From Pseudobdellovibrionaceae bacterium (lineage in GTDB: Bacteria; Bdellovibrionota; Bdellovibrionia; Bdellovibrionales; UBA1609), in NCBI GenBank assembly GCA_025354795.1, contig JANXMF010000075.1, forward strand, positions 3,161 through 67,160: a stretch of 64,000 bases of DNA, in the 5' to 3' direction. Position numbers and translations under genes: made by a program. Numbering within the stretch: position 1 is the stretch's first letter; every line of letters begins with the position of its first letter. Of this stretch, positions 24,392 through 32,142 are shown in pieces. The notes under the pieces are model-generated. The model did no database searches, was not told the origin of the DNA, and saw only the letters and a program-made list of their open reading frames with translations.

Positions 24392-25575
24392 GAGTTCGCG
24401 GGCTGTTCGGCAAGCTGCACTTTTACCGACTTAGAAACGCCACCGCGGATCAGTTCCACTTCCGCGGTCTTGCCAGCCGACAATTGTTCCATGGTTTTAA
24501 ACAAATCATGGGTATTGCGAATCGTTTGCCCGTTGATTTTGCGGATCACATCCAGGGTTTCAATCCCCGCTTTGGCAGCGGGAGTTCCGGCCACGACTTG
24601 CTTCACCAAGACGCCCTCGTCCTCTTTGAGTTTCATATAGGCCACCGCCTCTTCGCTGACTTCGTCAATAGCAATGCCCATCCAGGCGCGGCGCACGTGT
24701 CCATTCTCAATGATCTGATCGATCACAGCCTTAGCGGTATTGCTCGGAATTGCAAAACCAATATTTTGCGCGCGCGGATCCATTGCGCTATTGATTCCAA
24801 TCGCCGCTCCACTCATATTGATCAATGGACCACCTGAGTTGCCGGGATTGATGCCTGCGGAAGTCTGCAAAAAGTCAGAGCGCATGCCTTCGAGATTACG
24901 CCCGATCGCGCTGATGATCCCTTGCGTCACCGTGTGGGTATGGCCATAGGGATTGCCAATCGCCAGTACCCACTCGCCGACTTTGGTTTTTGCACTGTCC
25001 GCGAAAGTGAGAGCTTTCAATCCCTCCCTTTTTTCCACCAGTTTGAGCAAGGCCACATCGGAAATCTCATCAGCGCCGACAATCATAGCCAGGTGGCCCT
25101 TGCCGTCTTCCTCACCGATAAACTTCACCATGATTTCATCGGCTACCTTGCCCGCGAGCCGCACTACATGGGCGTTGGTGGCGATGTAACCATCCGTCGC
25201 GTTGACCACAAAACCCGAACCCAGTGCCTCTTGTTTCATCGCGGGAAGCGAAAATGACGGCCCAAAATACCGTTGCAGCTGCTCTTCAAATCCCGGCGGG
25301 AACCCGCCCCCGCCGCCTCCGGCGCGCATCTTGGTGCCCGATTTGGTATAAATATTGACGACCGTAGGCGAAACTTTTTCCGTCAACGAGATAAACGCCT
25401 GACTCAAGCTGTTGACATCCGCCATTCCGGGAGTGACCACGGGTGGGACATTTTCACTATAAATCGGCGCCGCATCCGAGTGAGCCGGCCATTGCAAATG
25501 TCCGCCGCTAAACAAAAGAACTCCGGCGCCCAGGCCCAAGCCTAAAGTTAAACTGTGTATGAAGTTCTTACGCAT
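24388..25575 (-). CDS. HtrA/DegP-family periplasmic serine protease with PDZ domain
   Basis: It has a trypsin-like catalytic triad context (TNAHV, DVALLK, GNSGGPLIN) and a C-terminal PDZ domain. Confidence 0.85.
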   Translation of the reverse strand: MRKNFIHSLTLGLGLGAGVLLFSGGHLQWPAHSDAAPIYSENVPPVVTPGMADVNSLSQAFISLTEKVSPTVVNIYTKSGTKMRAGGGGGGFPPGFEEQLQRYFGPSFSLPAMKQEALGSGFVVNATDGYIATNAHVVRLAGKVADEIMVKFIGEEDGKGHLAMIVGADEISDVALLKLVEKREGLKALTFADSAKTKVGEWVLAIGNPYGHTHTVTQGIISAIGRNLEGMRSDFLQTSAGINPGNSGGPLINMSGAAIGINSAMDPRAQNIGFAIPSNTAKAVIDQIIENGHVRRAWMGIAIDEVSEEAVAYMKLKEDEGVLVKQVVAGTPAAKAGIETLDVIRKINGQTIRNTHDLFKTMEQLSAGKTAEVELIRGGVSKSVKVQLAEQPANS

Positions 25576-25697
25576 AATAAATCCTCCTGTTAGCCAAGAT
25601 TACGGCAAGGGGATTAAAGCGTTCTTAAGCGAGGATTAAAAAAATTGTTATCGGCTTGGAGGTGGACATCCAGCCGCCACTTTCCTATCCTAAATAA

Positions 25698-26627
25698 ATG
25701 AGAACCTTGGTATTTTTGGCCGTGCTCGGTGGTCTGATTTATTTTATGTATGCGCTTCGGAATGCGCCACCGCCCCAGACGGACACACCCCGCCCGACCA
25801 AAGCCAGGCCCCCAGTCACCGCCAGGCCACCGCCCCCGCCGGCGGCGGTGATGCCCATTCAACCTGGGCCACCGGTGAAAGTGGAAACCTTGCGTCCCAC
25901 CGTACGCGAAGAGCCCCAGGTGGTCACCGAGGCCCAAGCGAAATCTAGAGCCCGCGTCTTGCCCTACCATTTGGTCGACGGCTTGATGGTGGTGCAAGGC
26001 GACCTGGTGGCGGGCGTGCCATTAAAGGCCGATCTTCCCCCCACCGGCCTGGTGGAAATGCTACCGGTCAAACTTTGGCCCCAAGGTAAGGTGCCCTACC
26101 ACATTCAACCCGATGTGGTGCGGCCCGAGCGCGTCGCCCAGGCCGTCGCCTTTTTCGACGGAACGGCCGTGCACTTGGTACCTTATAGTAATGAAGATGA
26201 CGCGATCGTTTTTATCGACGCGAACGGGGAGTGCAAATCCTATGTCGGTAAAGTGGGAGGAAAACAACCTGTGTTTATAGGCGCGGACTGCGGCCCGCGG
26301 GAGATCGCCCACGAAATCATGCACGCCCTTGGTTTTATCCATGAGCAAAACCGCACCGACCGCGACGAAGCGCTGCAAGTGCATTTTGAAAACATTGATG
26401 AACGCTACAAGGACAATTTTGAAAAGCTAAGCCCGGAATTTATGAAGGTGAGCGGTCTGGGCGACTTCGATTTCAAATCACTGATGATATATCCGGCATG
26501 GATGTTCGCCAAAAACGGCCGCTCCACCATGGAACCAAAGAGCCAGGAAAAACTAATTGAGCCCGGGTCCGTGTTAAGCGCGCTGGATCTAGAGCGCCTT
26601 AAAAAAGCCTACGGCGCGAGTCCTTAG
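25698..26627 (+). CDS. astacin-family (M12A) zinc metalloprotease with N-terminal anchor and Pro-rich linker
   Basis: It has the full astacin signature HEIMHALGFIHEQNRTDRD and a Met-turn region (SLMIY). Confidence 0.85.
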   Translation: MRTLVFLAVLGGLIYFMYALRNAPPPQTDTPRPTKARPPVTARPPPPPAAVMPIQPGPPVKVETLRPTVREEPQVVTEAQAKSRARVLPYHLVDGLMVVQGDLVAGVPLKADLPPTGLVEMLPVKLWPQGKVPYHIQPDVVRPERVAQAVAFFDGTAVHLVPYSNEDDAIVFIDANGECKSYVGKVGGKQPVFIGADCGPREIAHEIMHALGFIHEQNRTDRDEALQVHFENIDERYKDNFEKLSPEFMKVSGLGDFDFKSLMIYPAWMFAKNGRSTMEPKSQEKLIEPGSVLSALDLERLKKAYGASP

Positions 26628-26812
26628 GGAGGCGGGCTGGCTTGTACCGCCCGGATTTCTTGAATCTGCGCCTTACTCGTAGCTATTGAAAAATGACCGC
26701 CCCGAAATCGACCTAAAATTAGGCCAGGGACTCCATTTGGCGACATGAGGCCGCTGACGAATACATTGGTATCAAGGACGACGGTTGGCGGGATTGATCT
26801 CAGTGACGCCAC
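26624..26812 (-). pseudogene. truncated PIN-domain toxin (TA-system) remnant
   Basis: VVLDTNVFVSGLMSPNGVPGLIL is the N-terminal acidic-residue motif of PIN-family toxins. The ORF has only 62 codons, against about 130-140 expected, and runs into the astacin gene stop. Confidence 0.45.
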
Positions 26813-26858
26813 TTACCAAGCCGAGCGTATCCAAAATCCTACGATTTCAAAATTGAAG

Positions 26859-27199
26859 TGGTGGCCCCAGACTGACTTGAACAGTCACGTCCTTGCGGAC
26901 ACTGGATTTTCTTACCACTCCGGCTTTCGCCGTCTCTCACTTCGAGAGTTTGTGGTCTGGACTATGCCTTAACCGTTTGTCTTTCGACCGTTAGGTCCCG
27001 CTCGTCTAGTCTCTACACCTTCACTGACATTTTCTCGTCAGAGCTTGGCTCGGCATTAGCAATCTGAAAATTTCAGATAAGCCTCTACCGAATTTGGGCG
27101 GTTCTACGTCCTCAGTTTCCCGAGTCTACGCACTCAAATTTTGTCGGCTTAAAACCGACCGTCTGAGTCCAGCGCGTCTACCAATTCCACCATGGGGCC
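26859..27199 (-). tRNA. tRNA-Leu (inferred anticodon CAA) interrupted by a group I intron; exons 27199-27165 and 26910-26859
   Basis: The acceptor stem pairs perfectly (GGCCCCA/UGGGGCC) and is followed by A73 and an encoded CCA. The D-arm is GUGGAAUUGGUAGACGC and the anticodon stem is CUGGA/UCCAG. The long variable arm is GUCC-GCAA-GGAC and the T-arm is GACUG-UUCAAGU-CAGUC. The joined exons are 87 nt. Confidence 0.9.
26911..27164 (-). ncRNA. group I intron, IC3-like, 254 nt, no internal ORF
   Basis: It contains GCCGAGCCAAGC and GAAGGUGUAGAGACUAGACG, which match the conserved core I recall from the Azoarcus tRNA-Ile intron and the cyanobacterial/plastid trnL introns. The helices I can assign are listed below.
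- P2: CUCGG-GAAA-CUGAG
- P3: CCGC/GCGG
- P4: UUCGGUA/UGCCGAG
- P5: AUCUGAA/UUCAGAU
- P6: CUGAC/GUCAG
- P7: GACUA/UAGUC
- P9: hairpins CUCUC/GAGAG and CGGC-GAAA-GCCG
The intron ends in a terminal G, directly before the 3' exon AAAAUCC. Confidence 0.85.
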
Positions 27200-27339
27200 A
27201 CTTATAAATTTTGAAAGATCAAAGCATCCTGCGCTTAAGATCGGTAGATCCTTCTACCAATCTATTTTCTTTTTCTACCAGTCGTTTTGAATTCAAATTC
27301 AAACCAACCACTTACAGCCCAGGTAAAATGGCGACAGTC

Positions 27340-27378
27340 TTTTGAGTCCAGCGCGTCGACCAATTCCACCAAGAGGCC
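27340..27378 (-). pseudogene. 5' fragment of an intron-less tRNA-Leu(CAA) (positions 1-38 only)
   Basis: GGCCUCUUGGUGGAAUUGGUCGACGCGCUGGACUCAAAA matches the spliced 5' part of the neighbouring tRNA-Leu at 36 of 39 positions. It reads straight through the exon junction (CUC|AAAA) and then loses similarity. I found no matching 3' half. Confidence 0.8.
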
Positions 27379-27738
27379 TTGAAAGAGTGCCTGAGTTAAC
27401 CAAAGTGTAGGCATGGACTCAAGAAAAAGTCGGGGGCACGGTTTAAATAGTAGTTGGTATTTTGTCGGGCGTTTGCGTTTTCTTGGCGGGTGGTACGCTA
27501 CTCTATATATATAAAGCTAGCTTACTGACTTTACCTTTTTACACTCTCTGTCAGAAAGATACACAATAAATGGATGCCCAAGGGCCCCGGCCCATCTACC
27601 TACAAATGACATCAATTTTCCTACAAATTCAGTAAATTACACATGTACTTCCTACACCCCTGGCGGACTCGGCACGTGGCTTGCTTAGGGATCTACCCGT
27701 AACGAATGACTCGTTAACCTTTACCAGAGGGGTAGAAC

Positions 27739-28905
27739 ATGAAGTTCAGTAAATTGGTCGCAATTCTCGCGATCGCAGCATTGGCGGCCAACGCCAACGC
27801 CTACAACGACGGAACACTCCGCCGCTCAGCCACGGTGGCGCAAGCCGATTACGACGCCAACCGTGAAGTCAATATCAACATCAACACCAACGCCAACACC
27901 GCGTCACAAGCGCAGGCAGCGTCGGCTCAGCAGCAAGTGCAACAGCCTGTGCAGCAGCCGATCACGGTGGTGGAAGCGTCGCCGGTTTCGGACTCGCGCG
28001 CTGAGGCTCTGCGCAAAGCCCGCCTCGGAGCCGAAGTGCAGACCGAGCAAAAGATAGTTGAAAAGCTTGAAGACTCGCGCTTGCAAGAAGAGCGTGCGCG
28101 CGCCGATCGTCTTTTTGGCAACAAATTAGACTCACAGCCTCAGGTGGTGCTGGTCCCGGCAAGTGTGCCGCAACCGCCTCCTCCTGTACAACAGGCGCCG
28201 CCCCCGGCTTCCATTGTGCAAGAGAAGAACACACAGGTGACGATTGAAAAAGTGGAAATCATCCAGCCCAAAGAGGAGCGTCGGCATGAACCCGAAGCTC
28301 GCATCACGGCCGCACGTGAACACGAGGATGAGCGCGGTCCGTCTACCCAAAAATACTACGTCTCCGGTTTGCTTGGTAATATGAACTACGCGGCTGGCAA
28401 CGTGAAGAGCAATTACGCAATGGGTTTAGCGGTAGGCACGATCATTGACGAGCGCATCGGCATTGAACTTTCTTACTTACACTCCAGCCACGACGTCGAT
28501 ACTTATTGGGACGACCCGATCTATCGCACGCTCGAGCAAAACGACCTGACCGCCGCCGGCAAATATTACTTGTTGCAGGGACGACTGAAGCCTTATGTCG
28601 GTGCATCTATCTCGTACGTAATGCGTAAGTATCAAGACCGAGTTTATGGCTATCCGTATTCGAACAATTCGACCAATTCCGTCAGCACCAACTCGGTGGA
28701 TTTCGGGCTCTTGGGTGGCGCGGACTTCGAATTGACTGAACGTTTCGCAGTTGGACTCGGCGCGGACTATAACTTCAACGTCATGAGCACCAGCCAGGTT
28801 CGTCGTAGTGACTACTCTTACTACGGTTATAAGCCGGACAACACGACGCCGCTTGAAAAACTTGCTTACTGGACGATCAAGCTCAACGCAAAGTTTATGT
28901 TCTAA
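27739..28905 (+). CDS. outer-membrane beta-barrel protein with Asn/Gln/Pro-rich N-terminal region
   Basis: It has a signal peptide (AIAALAANANA), low-complexity Q/P tracts, and a C-terminal half of alternating amphipathic strands ending in an aromatic residue (KFMF). Confidence 0.65.
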   Translation: MKFSKLVAILAIAALAANANAYNDGTLRRSATVAQADYDANREVNININTNANTASQAQAASAQQQVQQPVQQPITVVEASPVSDSRAEALRKARLGAEVQTEQKIVEKLEDSRLQEERARADRLFGNKLDSQPQVVLVPASVPQPPPPVQQAPPPASIVQEKNTQVTIEKVEIIQPKEERRHEPEARITAAREHEDERGPSTQKYYVSGLLGNMNYAAGNVKSNYAMGLAVGTIIDERIGIELSYLHSSHDVDTYWDDPIYRTLEQNDLTAAGKYYLLQGRLKPYVGASISYVMRKYQDRVYGYPYSNNSTNSVSTNSVDFGLLGGADFELTERFAVGLGADYNFNVMSTSQVRRSDYSYYGYKPDNTTPLEKLAYWTIKLNAKFMF

Positions 28906-28946
28906 ACTGAACTTGGATTTTGTTCCGCCCTCTGGTTCTTAGGGCA

Positions 28947-28978
28947 CCGGACCTTGCTTGCAAGGTCCGGTTTTTTGT
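28947..28978 (+). terminator. rho-independent terminator
   Basis: ccggaccttgc / gcaaggtccgg forms a 9-11 bp stem followed by tttttt, 40 nt after the OMP stop. Confidence 0.8.
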
Positions 28979-29013
28979 TGAATCACCTCGCCATTTTCTG
29001 GCATGATCTGCCT

Positions 29014-29646
29014 ATGCCCACACACATTTTATGCACACTTGTCTTGCTCGCCACCATAGCTCGGGCGGAGCTGATCTCAACCGGCGTTGGCGTCGTGCGT
29101 GGCCGGGTCGTCACTAGCCGCGAAGTGCAAATGCAAAATTTGCTAGAAGCCGTTCTTTACAGTAAGACACCGGTGAAGGAACTTCGGCTTCTGGCTCTCG
29201 ACTCGAAAGCCTTCAGCAAGGCCACCCAAGACAGCCTGTTGGAAACCGTCGTGGCCATGGAAGCGCAAAGCTTCAATGTCATTCAGCTAGGCCCCGGCGA
29301 GGTAAAAGACGCCGAGAAGAAGGCGCTGAAAACACTTAAGAATACCGGGGCATGGAAAACCTTGGAGGTGGCGCCACATGAGCTTGAGGACGGGCTTAAG
29401 CGCAAGCTTCAGGCGAAAAAATTTGTGCAGTTTCGGGCGCAATCCTCGGTGCTGCCGGTGACCGACAGCGAGGCCCAGCGCTATTATAACGAAAATCCGC
29501 TCAAGTTCGACGGTTTGCCGTTTGAAAATTTAAAAGAAAATATTAAGACATTGCTTGGCCGCGCCCAGGTGGACCGCCGCCTGAAGGACTGGTACGACGT
29601 TTTGCTCAACAAGTATCAAGTCAAAAATTTGATTGCGGAGATTTAG
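29014..29646 (+). CDS. hypothetical periplasmic protein (SurA-N-terminal-like chaperone domain?)
   Basis: It has a signal peptide (MPTHILCTLVLLATIARA). I chose the ATG at 29014 because the ORF opening at 28954 lies inside the upstream terminator. The helical sequence is weakly SurA/PpiD-N-like. Confidence 0.4.
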   Translation: MPTHILCTLVLLATIARAELISTGVGVVRGRVVTSREVQMQNLLEAVLYSKTPVKELRLLALDSKAFSKATQDSLLETVVAMEAQSFNVIQLGPGEVKDAEKKALKTLKNTGAWKTLEVAPHELEDGLKRKLQAKKFVQFRAQSSVLPVTDSEAQRYYNENPLKFDGLPFENLKENIKTLLGRAQVDRRLKDWYDVLLNKYQVKNLIAEI

Positions 29647-30119
29647 TGACCGACGATTCTGCGGAAATTGAAGTGCTAACTTTGCGCCATTTGCCTGAAC
29701 TGGCGACGATTATGGAAAAGGTTTATCAGAACGCCACCGGTCCTATCGGCGGAGAGTGGACCCGCGATCTGCTCAAACATGAATTGGGAATCGGCCAGGG
29801 CGTGGGTCTAAAAGTCGACGGTTTTGGGCTCGCCGCCTTCGTGTTGTTTCGCCTTTATGACAAGCATCGCGAAATCACGGTGCTGGCGACTCATCCGGAG
29901 CGTCACCGCCGCGGCGACATGGCGTTTCTTATGTCTTACATGCTCGAACGCAGGTCTCCAAGCGAAGGCATTTGGCTTGAAGTGCATGCGCAAAACAACG
30001 CGGCCTTGGCTCTCTACGAATCTCTAGGCTTCCAGCAGGTGGGACGCCGCACAAAATATTATCGCGATGGCGGCGATGCCGTCCTACTGACTTTGGTGCC
30101 GCAGCCTCCAGCACCCTAA
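29646..30119 (+). CDS. GNAT family N-acetyltransferase (RimI-like)
   Basis: It is a 157-aa GNAT protein with an acetyl-CoA-binding region (RRGDMAFLMSYML, ALALYESLGFQ). Its position upstream of rimP-nusA is typical for rimI-like genes. Confidence 0.55.
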   Translation: MTDDSAEIEVLTLRHLPELATIMEKVYQNATGPIGGEWTRDLLKHELGIGQGVGLKVDGFGLAAFVLFRLYDKHREITVLATHPERHRRGDMAFLMSYMLERRSPSEGIWLEVHAQNNAALALYESLGFQQVGRRTKYYRDGGDAVLLTLVPQPPAP

Positions 30120-30168
30120 GTTATAAAGACTTGCCATCCCTAAGGAAATCCTGTTATTTGTGTTCCCG

Positions 30169-30198
30169 AAAGAGGGCCGAAATGCCCTCTTTTTTTTA
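30169..30198 (+). terminator. rho-independent terminator
   Basis: agagggc-cgaaat-gccctct forms a hairpin followed by an 8-T run. Confidence 0.8.
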
Positions 30199-30220
30199 TC
30201 TATATATAGTTGAACAGGGA

Positions 30221-30724
30221 GTGGAATTGCTGTCCGACAGCCAACTGGTGCAGATTCGCCAATTTGCGGAAGAAGTCGCTGTGCGCGAAGGCTGTTTGTT
30301 ATATGATCTAGAATTCCACGACGGTCCCGCGCGCTCGCTGCGTGTATATATAGATAAAGCCGAAGGCGGCGTGAGCATTGATGACTGCGCCAATGTGTCG
30401 CGTGGATTGAACCTGCGCCTGGACGTTGAAGACGTCATTCCCGGTGGTCGTTACGACTTGGAAGTTTCTTCTCCAGGTCTGGATCGCAAGCTGACCCAAT
30501 TGTGGCATTTTGCGAAGGCGGTCGGCAAGCGCGTGCGTTTGAAGTACTGGAGCGCCGAGCGTGTGACTCAGCCCTATGAGGGCGAGTTGAAGGCAGTGGA
30601 AGAGACGCGATTGAGTTTTGAAAATGCAAAAGGTCCGTTTGATGTGGAATTTGCGAATGTGCAAAAGGCTTGCATCCTGTTGGCTGAGGCCGTGGCAAAA
30701 AAGCCCGGTAATAAGAAGAGGTAA
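30221..30724 (+). CDS. rimP: ribosome maturation factor RimP
   Basis: CLLYDLEF...LRVYIDK...GVSIDDCANVSR...LEVSSPGLDRKL is the RimP signature. The GTG at 30221 follows GGGAG and lies downstream of the terminator. The ORF opening at 30131 spans the terminator and is unlikely. Confidence 0.85.
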   Translation: MELLSDSQLVQIRQFAEEVAVREGCLLYDLEFHDGPARSLRVYIDKAEGGVSIDDCANVSRGLNLRLDVEDVIPGGRYDLEVSSPGLDRKLTQLWHFAKAVGKRVRLKYWSAERVTQPYEGELKAVEETRLSFENAKGPFDVEFANVQKACILLAEAVAKKPGNKKR

Positions 30725-30726
30725 AA

Positions 30727-32142
30727 GTGGCAGAAAATAATATGTTCACCGATTTAGGCCGATTGATTGAGCAACTCGGCAAAGACAAAGGCATCGACCG
30801 TGCGGTGGTGATTGAAGCCATCGAAAATGGCATGGAGCTTGCGGCCCGCAAAAAATTTGGCACCTATCGCGAGATCGAAGCCAAATACAACGAAGAAGTC
30901 GGCGAAGTTGAACTCTTCGAATTCAAAGAAGTGGTGAAAGACGAGGACTTCATCGATGAAGAAGTTGAAATCAAATTGACCGAAGCCTTGGTGCTTGATC
31001 CCGAAGCCCAGCTGAACGACTCCATCGGCCGCAAACTCGAAGGCGGAGACCTCGGCCGCATTGCCGCGCAGACCGCAAAACAAATCATCATGCAAAAAGT
31101 CCGCGAGGCCGAGCGCGATATTATTTTCGCGGAATTCGAGCAGCGCAAAGGCGAAATCGCATCGGGCATCGCCCGCCGGGTGGAACGTGGCGCTATCGTG
31201 GTGGATTTGGGTCGCACCGAGGCTTACATTCCGCCACGCGAACAAATTCCGGGCGAAGTTTACAAACCGGGCGACCGCATACAAGGCTATATCGCTGATG
31301 TGCGTGCTTCATTGCGCGGTCCGCAGATCATCATGTCGCGCGCGGATGAACGTTATCTGATGAAACTTTTTGAAGTGGAGGTTCCTGAAATTTACGATGG
31401 TATTGTGGAAATCGTCGCGGCCGCGCGTGAGCCGGGCCAGCGCGCCAAGATCGCCGTGCGCAGCAAAGATGCCGCGGTCGATCCAGTCGGCGCATGCGTC
31501 GGCATGAAGGGCAGTCGCGTGCAAAACATCGTGCAAGAGTTGCGCGGTGAAAAAATCGATATCGTGAAATACGACGACGACGTCGCGCGCTTTGTTTGTA
31601 ACGCCCTAGCGCCGGCTGAAATCTCTAAAGTGTTTGTCGACGAGGGCAATCGCGAAATGGAAGTGGTCGTGCCCGACACTCAACTTAGTCTTGCGATCGG
31701 CAAAAAAGGCCAGAACGTGCGTCTGGCTGCCAAGCTCACGCACTGGAAGCTCGACATTTTGTCGGAAGCGAACCTGGCTTCCAAAACTGCGCAGGCCATT
31801 TTGAATCTCATGCTCATTCCGGGCATGAACGAAACCATGGCGCAAAATATTTATCAGTCAGGATTCTCTAGCTGCCAAGCGCTAGGCGAAGCCGACGCCG
31901 CGGCCATTATGGCGATCCCGGGTTACGATGAAGAACCGAAAGCACAAAAACTGCTCGATGATGTTCATGCTCTGATTGCCCAATACAAAGCCGAAGGCAA
32001 AAAATTGCCCACGGTTTCCGCTAAAGGTGCGGACATCGGTGCCCCGCGGGCCGCCCAGTCCTCACAAGATGCGAAGAGCCAGGCCGATGCTCGCCTGCGT
32101 GAGGAAATGGCACAGTTAAACGCTAAGAAGGAGATTGAGTGA
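30727..32142 (+). CDS. nusA: transcription termination/antitermination factor NusA
   Basis: It has the NusA N-terminal domain, S1 and KH motifs (GDRIQGYI, ACVGMKGSRVQNIVQEL, AIGKKGQNVRLA). Confidence 0.95.
   Translation: MAENNMFTDLGRLIEQLGKDKGIDRAVVIEAIENGMELAARKKFGTYREIEAKYNEEVGEVELFEFKEVVKDEDFIDEEVEIKLTEALVLDPEAQLNDSIGRKLEGGDLGRIAAQTAKQIIMQKVREAERDIIFAEFEQRKGEIASGIARRVERGAIVVDLGRTEAYIPPREQIPGEVYKPGDRIQGYIADVRASLRGPQIIMSRADERYLMKLFEVEVPEIYDGIVEIVAAAREPGQRAKIAVRSKDAAVDPVGACVGMKGSRVQNIVQELRGEKIDIVKYDDDVARFVCNALAPAEISKVFVDEGNREMEVVVPDTQLSLAIGKKGQNVRLAAKLTHWKLDILSEANLASKTAQAILNLMLIPGMNETMAQNIYQSGFSSCQALGEADAAAIMAIPGYDEEPKAQKLLDDVHALIAQYKAEGKKLPTVSAKGADIGAPRAAQSSQDAKSQADARLREEMAQLNAKKEIE

Noticed and set aside
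26859-27199. The region at first looked like a tmRNA (ssrA). It is a ~340-nt RNA with a tRNA-like acceptor/T-arm and a CCA end.
   Set aside because: The 5' part has a complete tRNA-Leu D-arm and an anticodon-stem half, which tmRNA lacks. There is no tag-peptide reading frame or resume-codon context. The interior carries group I intron core sequences. The tRNA-with-intron interpretation therefore fits much better.
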